A stretch of DNA of 64,000 bases from an uncultured cyanobacterium (GTDB taxonomy: Bacteria > Cyanobacteriota > Cyanobacteriia > Cyanobacteriales > CAWUOF01): assembly GCA_963744145.1 (NCBI GenBank), contig CAVUSO010000001.1, forward strand, positions 288,001 to 352,000. The letters run 5' to 3'. Shown piece by piece: positions 53,954 to 64,000 of this stretch. The notes beneath the pieces are model-generated. The model saw only the letters and a list, made by a program, of their open reading frames with translations, was not told the DNA's origin and did not search any database. How positions within the stretch are numbered: position 1 is the first letter of the stretch; each line of letters opens with the position of its first letter. The position numbers were made by a program, and so were the translations under genes.

Positions 53954-55342
53954 TTGTCAATCAAGGGGATGACTCTAATGATAAATGCAGAAACAGATCA
54001 AACAGCTCATCGCGTAGTAATTGTTGGTGGTGGCTTTGGTGGGTTGTATGCGGCGAAAGCTTTGGGTCGTACTCCTGTAAAAGTGACTTTGGTTGATAAA
54101 CGAAATTTTCATTTGTTTCAACCGCTTTTGTATCAGGTAGCAACAGGAACTTTATCACCTGCTGATATTTCTTCTCCACTCCGTGCGGTATTAAGCAATA
54201 ACCAAAATACTCAAGTATTATTAGCCGAAATGCAGGATATTGACCCGCAACAAAAAAAACTGATTTTAACCCGTGGCGAGGTTGATTATGATACTTTAAT
54301 TATTGCTACTGGAGTTAGGCATCACTATTTTGGAAATGAGCATTGGGAAACAGCAGCACCGGGATTGAAAACCGTTGAAAATGCTTTGGAAATGCGACGG
54401 CGAATTTTCTTGGCGTTTGAATCTGCGGAAAATGAAACAGATTTAGAAAAACGTCGTGCTTGGTTGACTTTTGTAATTGTGGGTGGAGGACCGACTGGAG
54501 TAGAATTAGCTGGTGCCCTCGCAGAATTAGCCTTTGCTACTCTCAGAAAAGAGTTTCGCAATATTGATACATCTGAAGCAAAAATCTATCTATTAGAAGG
54601 GATGGATAGAATATTACCCCCCTATAAACCAGAACTTTCTACTAAAGCGGAAAAGTCTTTAAACAAACTAGGTGTGACTATCTTAACTAAAAGTCTAGTT
54701 ACTAATATTGATGGCGGTGTTGTAACTATAAAACAAGGAGATCAAACATCACAAATTGCGACTAAAACTATTTTATGGGCTGCGGGTGTAAAAGCTTCTC
54801 CTGTGAGTAAAGTTTTAGCAGAGCGCACGGGTGTACAATTAGATCGGGTCGGTAGAGTTATGGTGGAACCGAATTTAACCGTTAAGGATTATCCCGATAT
54901 TTTTGTGATTGGTGATTTAGCAAATTATTCTCATCAAGACAGTAAACCCTTACCGGGAGTTGCACCTGTAGCTATGCAGGAAGGAGAATATGTGGCTCAA
55001 CTGATTCAACAACGGTTAAAAGGTTGTGAAAATGCTTTTCCTTTCCGTTATGTTGATGTGGGCAGTTTGGCGGTTATTGGACGTAATTACGCTGTAGTAG
55101 ATTTGGGTTTAGTTAAGTTATCTGGTTTCTTAGCTTGGCTAACTTGGGTATTTGTGCATATCTACTACTTAATCGAATTTGATAATAAGTTAGTGGTAAT
55201 GATTCAGTGGGCTTGGAGTTATTTTACCCGCAAAGGTGGTGCTCGTCTAATTACGGGAGATGAATCTTTAGGTGTAGTAGGAATTAACGAACAAGGTGAA
55301 TATTATGTACCACAAGCGAAGAAATCTCCTTCAGAAGTTTAA
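53954..55342 (+). CDS. ndh: Type II NAD(P)H dehydrogenase (NDH-2); true start probably a slightly downstream ATG
   Basis: GGGFGG, FQPLLYQVA, GGGPTGVE, WAAG, IGD, A.QEG. Confidence 0.9.
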   Translation: MSIKGMTLMINAETDQTAHRVVIVGGGFGGLYAAKALGRTPVKVTLVDKRNFHLFQPLLYQVATGTLSPADISSPLRAVLSNNQNTQVLLAEMQDIDPQQKKLILTRGEVDYDTLIIATGVRHHYFGNEHWETAAPGLKTVENALEMRRRIFLAFESAENETDLEKRRAWLTFVIVGGGPTGVELAGALAELAFATLRKEFRNIDTSEAKIYLLEGMDRILPPYKPELSTKAEKSLNKLGVTILTKSLVTNIDGGVVTIKQGDQTSQIATKTILWAAGVKASPVSKVLAERTGVQLDRVGRVMVEPNLTVKDYPDIFVIGDLANYSHQDSKPLPGVAPVAMQEGEYVAQLIQQRLKGCENAFPFRYVDVGSLAVIGRNYAVVDLGLVKLSGFLAWLTWVFVHIYYLIEFDNKLVVMIQWAWSYFTRKGGARLITGDESLGVVGINEQGEYYVPQAKKSPSEV

Positions 55343-55431
55343 GCTGCTTTCCTAATTATTTAATCAGCTCCAGATGTATTGAAGTAAATTTAGGCGATCG
55401 CTTAGTAGAGCCATTAGATTCACAGATTAAA

Positions 55432-58400
55432 TTATGGCGATCGCATAATCGGTTCAATAAATTCCATAATACCAGCATCATCAAAATTGTCAATAAACTC
55501 TAGCAAACGAGTCAAAAAAGGTTTATATTGTGGGTTCAACTGTTCTAATCGATTAGCTTCATTTATCACCATATCCAGATCACCAATTCTAGCAGCTTGA
55601 TAGATTTGTTCTAGTTCAGTAGCTAGAGGAAATATCATTTCTTGCTGGGTTACTGTTTCTATTTCTTCATAGTTCCAAGTCAGTTGTAAATGAGTTGCTA
55701 AGAGATTAAATAAGTCTGGGGCATTAACTGGTTTAGCGAGAAAGTCATCACCACCCGCGTCTAAACTCATTTGTTGATCTAGTTGTGCTACAGATGCAGA
55801 TGAAACTAAAACTTTTAAACTTTTTAATTTCTCGTCTTCACTATTTCGTAATTGTTTAAGAAACTCAAAACCATCCATTACAGGCATTTGTAAATCTGTG
55901 ATTACTAAATCTGGTAGTTGTTCTCTGATTTTTTCTAAACCTTCTTTTCCGTTCTCCGCGACCCTAACTATAAAACCAATCGGTTCTAGTAGATTTACAA
56001 TTACTGCCCGATTTTCCCAGCGATCGTCTACAACCAATATTTGTTTTTGATTACCATTAAGTACGGGCGTATTGCAATACGCCCCTACAATATTACCTGT
56101 ATTACTTTTTTGGTGTTGTACCCATTCGACCTTTAAGGGTAATTCTACTTCAAAAAAGAATTTACTGCCTACTCCTAATGTACTCTCAACCTTAATTTGC
56201 CCTCCCATCAACTGGACAATTTGTTGACTAATGGCTAATCCTAAACCTGTCCCTTCCGCTTGACGAACGCGATCGCCTACTTGTTGAAATGCTTGAAATA
56301 ATTTCTTAATATTTTCTTGACTAATTCCAACTCCTGTGTCGATCACGGAAAAGCGTAGATAAGCAAAGGACATTGGACTAATATTTGAGTTTAATTGTTC
56401 AACTTTTAGAGTAACACTACCGCGATCAGTAAATTTAATCGCATTACCTAAGAGATTAATTAATACCTGACTTAATCGTTTTTCATCAACGATCACCCCA
56501 TCAGGTAAATCAGGATCAGGTGTATACTGAAAGTCAATATCTTTTTGTTGAGCGCGGATTTGAGAAATTTCCACCACACTTTGGACGAGAGATGGTAAAT
56601 GAATCGCATTGGGTACTAATTCAAGTTTACGTGCTTCGATTTTAGAGAGGTCGAGAACATCATTAATTAAAGTGAGTAAATGTACACCGCATTGATGAAT
56701 AATATTAACACCATGAAGTTCATCTTTGGGGATGAATTTGGAGCGTCCCAGAATTTGAGCATAACCCAATATCCCATTTAATGGTGTTCGTAGCTCATGA
56801 CTCATGTTAGCCAGAAATTCGCTTTTAGCTTGATTAGCATTGTCTGCTAATTGTTTAGCAAGTTCTGCTTCTTCTTTAGCTTGTTTTAGTTCAGTTGTCC
56901 GCGCTTCTACCCTACTTTCTAGTTCCTGATTAGCATTCTGGACGGTTTGATACAGACGCGCATTTTCTAAAGAAATAGCAGCTTGGGTGCAAATGAGATT
57001 GAGTAATTTCAAGCGATCGCTAGTAAATGCTCCCACAGTCAAATTATTTTCTAAATACAACACTCCTAGCAATTGTCCTTGATTAAGAATCGGGCTACAA
57101 AGGACACTTTGAGGTTGATGTTGTTGAATATAACTATCTGTAGCAACCTGGGGATCTATTCGCGCATCAATTAATACTAAAGGTTGCAAAGTCCGTTTGA
57201 CCGTATTCACTAAACTAATCGCTACATCCTGACTCAATTCTAGAGGAATAGATGGTAATAGTTGGGGGGATTGTCCCTCAGTTCCCAATGCCACTATTTT
57301 TAACTCTAGGTCTTGTTGGAGTAGGAGGACACACTTACTTGCTCCAGAATTAGTCAGGACTATTTCTAGGAGAGTTGTGAGGAGTTGATTGAGTTCAATT
57401 TCTCCAGAAATTGCTTGAGATGCTTTGAAAAGAGTTTCCAAATCTAAATCTGTAGATGTACTACTAGCACTAGAGGTAGATGAGTCAGTAGGTCGAGGGT
57501 TTATTTCTCCAGAAACAGTAAAGGATCGAGCTGATTTAAGTATAGGTGTAAGGAGTTGAGGATAACGTTTTTCTAAATCCTCCACTTTGGCTTTGGCTCC
57601 CCATCGAGCATAGCAGTAGTAGGCTGCTTGCATATAGAGGGCAGCAATTTTTTCTTTACCCCAATTGAGGTAAAATTTAGCTGCGAGTTCGTTAGCGAGT
57701 GCTTCCTCTTGGATGTAGCCGTTTTCTTTAGCTTTGGCGATCGCTTGATCATATAGTTCGATCGCGGCTATTTTCTGTTCCAAAACTCGAGATTTTTCTG
57801 CTTCTACTAACTGCCACTTATGCAAAAAATTCATGGGGGCGTGTTGCGCCCAATTTTGCATCTTGGCTTGATTTTCTTCAACTCTTTGCCATAATTGCTC
57901 TCGTTCCACTCCCTGTTTATCTGACCACAATGCAAGCTGAGTTAGAGAATCATAAAAATAAAATACGGCAACTTTAAAAGCTCCAGCTACTGCTACCAGA
58001 TATTGTTTAGCGTAGTCTGCTACACTTTGAGCATATTCCCATTCTTGAAAAAGATAACAAAGCATTAGCTGATTGACATACAGTGTTCCCAGCTCATATA
58101 AATCATCTACTTTTTGCTGTGACAGGATGATGTCTTCATCATATATTGTTCCCTGAATCCGCCAAGCACATTGGCTCTGACCTAGTAAATTCAAAACTGA
58201 TTGGTAAGTCAGTCGGACATAGTTATAAGCCACTTGTTTAAGTTGCCCTAATACTTGACTATAAGCAGCCATCTCCTGTTGCCAGTCCAAGAGTTCTTTA
58301 CCAGAGAAAAAGCACAAATCGCAGTAATTATAAGCACAATGACCAGCATATTCTAGCGCCCCATTTTCTAACCCACTATGATATCCCTCAACCAGGGGCT

Positions 58401-61400
58401 TTAGGGAATCCTGAATGTGATATTTCCAGGGTTTGACAAATCCATAGAGAATATTATGGGTGCTGGCTTTGAATTCCTTATTCTTGAACCGCAACAATAT
58501 TTCTAAAGCCAATTCTCCAGCCTGATTACCTGCCTCAATTTCACCGACTACTGCACATAAAATTACCCCGTAATTAGCATAAGATAATGCTGATGTGGCT
58601 GCGTTGCCATACTGCACTGCTAGTTGTATTTGTTTGAATGCAAACAATTGGAAAAATATTGAACCTCCTGTATATGCACATCCTGTCGTAAATATCAAAA
58701 TCCGGAGTGCTACCAAGGCTTTAGGATCTACCATTTCTGGTAAATCCAGTAAGGTTTTCAGTGGTTTTCCTGCTAGCATCGCTTGGGTTTCTTGCAAACT
58801 TTGTGCAATATCTTTTTCTGTGGGGTCCCGGGGAAATATCACTCCCAATAATTCCAGCACAGATAGACCAGTTTTTACAGCTTCTAGCTGCTGACTCTGT
58901 GCCATATAAGCCACAATTTTGGCTTCATAAGCTTTTACTTTGTCTAGTAATTTTCTCGCCTGTTGGAAGACTATATTTACAAAATCTTCCATCAATTGAA
59001 AATCGCCATTCAGACAGGCAACTTCTGCGGCTAATTCATATAGTCCTAACGTCAGTTCATAGCTTTCTTGCCAACTGTCCCTAGGTAACAATTCAATCCC
59101 TTTTATTAAATACTCCATTGCCGCTCGGTAAGCAGTTGCGGATTTTACCTTTTGGGCAGCAGCTAAATTAAGTGTTGCCAGTTCGTGCCGATCGCTTGGG
59201 GATGTAATTAACTCTGCACCTTGGTTTAATTGATTGACGATATCTAAGAGTTTTTCGCTTCTTTCTGCTAGGGGAGTTACCTGCAATAATTGCCTGCCAA
59301 TTTTTAAGTGTGTCGGTTGTTTTAGTCGGTCAGGGATGAGAGAATAGGCTGCTTGTTGCACCCGATCATGCAAAAATCGATAAGTCGGATTTGCTGAGAC
59401 TTGAACAGTTTCTTCTCTCTCGGTTTGGGTAAAGAATTTATAGATTTTAGTGGTGGGAATTATTAAGCCTTCTTGTAATGCTTTCCATAACGCTGTAGCT
59501 GTCATAGTCGGGGATTTCTCACTAACAATTGCCAAGGTATCTAAATTAAATTGCGTCCCCACACAAGCTGCTAGTTTCAGAATCTCCTGAGTCTCTGTTA
59601 GCAGTTTTTGCAATTGCAGAGCCATAAATTCCACCACATCATCGGTCAGTGCTAAAGCTATAACTTGTGCAAGATCACACTGCCAATGTCCAATCTCCGA
59701 GTTAAAGCTAATTAGCTGGTCATCATGTAATGCTTTGAGAAATTGTGTGGCAAAAAAAGGATTCCCCTGGGTTTTTTGATATACTAACTTGGTCAAAGGT
59801 TCGGCCAATGATAGGTTACAATTCAGTGTATCTGCTACCAAGTGATTTAAATTTTGTTGGCTTAATGGTAACAAGGTAATTGTATTTACGATCATGCCAG
59901 TTTTGACAATTTCATTTACTGTTAAAATAAATGGATGCACGCTCGAAACTTCATTATCTCGATAAGCTCCTAATATCAATAGATATCCTGTATCTTGCAT
60001 CAATAATTTCAGCAAATTTAGCGATGCAGAATCTGCCCATTGCAAGTCATCTAAAAACATTACTAATGGATGTGCTTGACTGGTGAAAACTTGCAGAAAT
60101 TTCTGGATGATCAGATTAAACCGATTTTGAGCAGCACTTCCTGATAGTTCTGTTACTGGTGGTTGTTTACCAATGATGCTTTCTAATTCCGGAATCACTT
60201 CAATTAATACTTGTCCATTTTCTCCTACTGCTGCTAAAATCTGAGTTTTCCATTTTTCGAGTTCGGTATCCAACTCCGATCGCAATTGTCCCATTAAATC
60301 TCGGAATGCTTGCACAAATGCACTGAAGGGAATATTCCGTCTATATTGATCATATTTACCTTTGATAAAATAACCTCGTTGACGCACGATCGGTTTATGT
60401 ACTTCATTGACAACTGCTGTTTTTCCAATTCCCGAAAATCCTGCTACTAGCATCATTTCGGTGCTACCTGCACTGACTCTTTCAAATGCTTCCAGCAGTT
60501 TGGCTACTTCTTTTTCTCGACCATAGAGTTTTTCCGGGATGGTAAAGCGATCGCTAATATCTTGCTGACCAAGTTGAAAATTTTCGATTTTACCTGTTTG
60601 TGATAATTGAGCTAGACAAATTCCTAAATCATGTTTTAATCCTAATGCACTCTGATAGCGATCTTCGGCATTCTTCGCAATTAGCTTCGCGACAATTTTT
60701 GATATAATTAAAGGAATATCTGGTTTAATTTCATGGATTGGAATTGACTGTTTAGCCAGATGACAATGAATTAATTCCATCGCATCTTTAGCGCAAAATG
60801 GTAATTCTCCTGTTAATAATTCATAGAATGTTATACCCAGAGAATAAAAATCACTCCGATAATCTATCCCTCGATTCATCCGACCCGTCTGTTCTGGAGA
60901 GATATAGGCTAAAGTTCCTTCTAACACATTAGCATTCTGGATTTCTTCTGTTTCTCGTGGGAGCAGAGAAGAAATACTAAAGTCAATTAGTTGAATTTGT
61001 TTAGTAGCTAGATTAATTAGAATATTAGCGGGTTTAATATCTTTATGAATGACTCGATTTTGGTTGAGATAGTGGAGAATATCTGTAAGTTGAATCGCAA
61101 TTTTCAAAAATTCTGTTAATGGTAAGCCTTGATTGATTTTGGGTTTATTTGTGCCTGTGGTAAGATAAGTCGATAGGGAGATCCCACCAAAGTCTTCCAT
61201 GACTAGAGCATAGCTATTGTAGTATGCTTCCAAACTCAGGGGTTTGACGATTTGAGGGAAGTCCAGATTTCTGGTAATCGTATATTGGTTGCGAAACTGG
61301 ACGATTTCGGTAAAATTGGGGTATTCGTTACGCAGGATTTTGATGACAACGGAATGTTGGTCGCTAGTACGCATACCTCGATAGACCAGGGTGCAGCCGA

Positions 61401-61465
61401 CCTGTGTAGAGTTCCTCTGTTATTTGATAGCCTGATAAACTGGCGATCGCATTCATAACAGTCAT
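55432..61465 (-). CDS. Giant hybrid Ser/Thr kinase-AAA ATPase-GAF-His kinase-receiver protein; apparent +1 frameshift near 5' end
   Basis: HKDIKPAN, GFSGIGKT, LDDLQWAD, YLENN GAF, SHELRTP, NAIKFT, GTGLGL, DLQMP; open ORF 55432-61374, natural start 61465 lies in another frame. Confidence 0.88.
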
Positions 61466-61562
61466 AATGTCCACACCTCTCTTTGCTTGACAAGGGTTAA
61501 TTTTCCGATCCAGATGACTTAATTATTAACATGAATTCAGGTATTTTGCTAAAAAATATCTT

Positions 61563-63231
61563 TTATAGCGATCGCATAATCGGTTCAATAAATTCCATAA
61601 TACCAGCATCATCAAAATTGTCAGTAAACTCTATCAAACGAGCAACAAAAGTTTTATACTCAGGGTTCAACTGTTCTAACCGATTAGCTTCATTTATCAC
61701 CATTGACTTGATGTTTTTCTTTCTGAGGGATAGCTTTGGAACGTTCCAGAATTTGAGCATAACCTAAAATATCATTCAATGGTGTTCTTAATTCATGACT
61801 CATATTAGCAAGAAATTCACTTTTAGCTTGATTAGCACTATCCGCTAATTGTTTAGCTTGTTTCAGGTCAGCGGTGCGTTCTTCTACTCGTTGTTCTAGT
61901 TCAGTATTGGTATTTTCAAGGAAATTAAAAGCAAGATAGAGTTGGTTACTCATTTCATTGAAGGTTTGTCCTAGCTGATCTAGTTCTTTAATCTTTTCTG
62001 GTTGGATTTTTTGATCTAAGTTTCTCTTGGCAATTTCTTGAGATGCTTTATTTAAACGAGCAATAGGTTGTAAAATCCAACGAGATGTATAAATGCCAAA
62101 AATTACGGCTATGATTAAAGCCAAGATACATAGGAAAATCGTACTATAAGTATTGGCTTTGATCTGGTCCATAAAATCAGTTTCGGGCACAACTACCACG
62201 ATCAACCAATCTAAACCATAATTATCTCGGAAAGGGGTTACTTGAATAAATTCGTTTTTTTCATTGATTTCAGACTCCAACAGTTCCGTTTCTTGAATTG
62301 AAGTGAGATTACCGAAGCGTTGCTGAATATAAGCGGTAGTATCTTTAATTTCTGGAACTTGACTTTGACTGGTATTCAGACGTGTCGATAACGTAGAAGA
62401 TAATTTCTTAATTGGCAGCTCATCTGTTGATGAAGCTACCAAATCTCCAGAGCGTTCAATAATAAAAATTTTTCCAGTTTTGCCGATTTTTATGCTTTTC
62501 AGAAATTTGTTAATATCCGATAAGCTAATGTCAACTGCCAGCACTCCCAATAAAGAACCTTGAGGAGTATAAATTGGCTTAGTTGCAGCGATCGCCATCT
62601 CTGCTCTGGGGCTAACCCACAGATAAATCGAACTCCAATTTGCCTTACCAATACTAATTGCTTTTTTGTACCAAGGTCTTTTAGTGACGAAAAAGTTTGC
62701 TCCAGTTAAAATTAACTTGGTTGTTTGTCCTTGGTCGTTAACTTCATAGGTTAATAAATCTGTGGTTCCTGGTTTCACGATCGATAAGTTAGGTAGTTTC
62801 CCAGGAACTGCTTCTGCTCCTATGTATAGCCCTTTAGCATAAGCCAAACCAAAATATGAAAAATCCGGCAGCTTACGCATGGTTTCCCACAGCACTCGTC
62901 TAGTGGCGATCTCATTTTTAGGATTAATTTGATTAGTTTCGATTAAACTAGCAATCACTTGATTGATTTCTTGGGGTTTGGCTAAATAGGATTGCAGTCG
63001 ATCTTGAATGCGTTTCGTAACTTCTGATCGTAACTGTTGAGCTACATCATTAACAGCCTTCTGCCCATTGCGTAAAGAAAGCCATCCTGTTACCCCTACA
63101 GCAGCAAATATTAAAATGATAAATGGCGCTATAAGTATTAATTTTAGCGGTATTGAAGACCGCTGGTCTTGTATTTTGAATGATTTTGAAATTGCTCCTA
63201 AGATTGATTCTGAAACTTGTTTGATTGGCAT
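61563..63231 (-). pseudogene. Cache-HAMP hybrid histidine kinase with internal deletion of HATPase and receiver domains
   Basis: Two TM helices, RPWY Cache motif, HAMP, SHELRTP, then out-of-frame jump at ~61702 to a tail paralogous to 55432-55572. Confidence 0.85.
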
Positions 63232-63580
63232 AGCAATTTTTGTGGTAAGTTTTTGTTTTAAATAGTTTGTGTAAGCAGGATATTTTATTGTCTACCATAT
63301 TTTTTAAATTATGACTCTAAATAATACTATTTTTTTATTTTATCTTTTATGAGTTTGCCTAATTAACTTTTGCTAAGTATATTATGGTTTCTTTAATGTT
63401 TATATATGTTTATATTAAGATGTCTTAAATGCTACCAATATATATTTATCAAATCTGAGACATTGTTTATAGCGTGCATTGCTCTAGGAGATTGTCTTTT
63501 TCATCAACTGCGTAAGTTTTGGCTATATGTGTTATATGTAAACGATATACAACTAACAAAAACTACAAAAAAAAGAACCC

Positions 63581-64000
63581 ATGAACAAAATTGCATTAGT
63601 AACAGGAGCAAGTCGAGGATTGGGTAAAGCTATTGCTCTTCGTCTTGCCAAAGATGGAATTGATATTATTGTCCACTATAGTCAGAATCGAGATGCAGCC
63701 AATGAAGTTGTAACTGCGATTAAACAATTTGGGCGAATGGCTTTTAGTGTGCAAGCAGATGTCTCTAAAGTCTCCGGTATTCAATCTATGTTTGAGCAAA
63801 TTGATGCTGAATTAACGAAACTTACAGGAGATTCAAAGTTTGATATTCTAATCAATAACGCAGGTACAGCTTTGGCTAAACCGATGGAATATTGTAATGA
63901 AGAAGAATTTGATTATCAATTTGATCTTCATGTAAAAGGACTTTTTTTTACAACGCAACAAGCTATTCCACGATTAAAAGATTATGGTCGTATTGTCAAC
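63581..64000 (+). CDS. SDR family oxidoreductase (runs off window)
   Basis: MNKIALVTGASRGLG, DILINNAG, GRIVN. Confidence 0.9.
   Translation, partial: MNKIALVTGASRGLGKAIALRLAKDGIDIIVHYSQNRDAANEVVTAIKQFGRMAFSVQADVSKVSGIQSMFEQIDAELTKLTGDSKFDILINNAGTALAKPMEYCNEEEFDYQFDLHVKGLFFTTQQAIPRLKDYGRIVN

Overview
Cyanobacterial chromosomal DNA: the HIP1 octamer GCGATCGC is abundant, and the uninterrupted nif genes suggest a non-heterocystous diazotroph. 1-20 kb holds housekeeping and signalling genes (phenylacetate-CoA ligase-like, Ser/Thr kinase, ABC exporter, RecX, MetAP, two glycosyltransferases, cysteine desulfurase, modBC, TOBE protein). 20-39.2 kb is a divergent Mo-nitrogenase cluster: nifB-S-U-H-D-K-orf-E-N-X-orf-orf-W-hesA-hesB-fdxH-fdxB on minus and cysE(nifP)-nifV-nifZ-nifT on plus. 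39.2-53.9 kb is an accessory island with two paralogous kinase-GUN4 genes, an EACC1-like gene paired with caspase-GUN4-GUN4, pentapeptide-HNH, a candidate HEPN protein, VapBC, GIY-YIG, a dead IS701-like element and MITEs. 54-64 kb holds NDH-2, a giant hybrid kinase, a deleted histidine kinase and an SDR. Main observation: all four GUN4 domains end in an unalignable, G-rich, length-variable segment between a constant GH(L/F)P anchor and a constant 3' motif. In the three terminal copies that motif carries three stop codons 7 nt apart (one per reading frame), followed by a conserved ~65-nt non-coding element; the four copies together use all three frames. This looks like an indel-tolerant receptor-diversification design. 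No RT or recombinase is visible in the window, so the mechanism is inference. A 24-nt element that inserts into itself without target duplication is also directly visible. All alignments were done by eye and no database searches were run.
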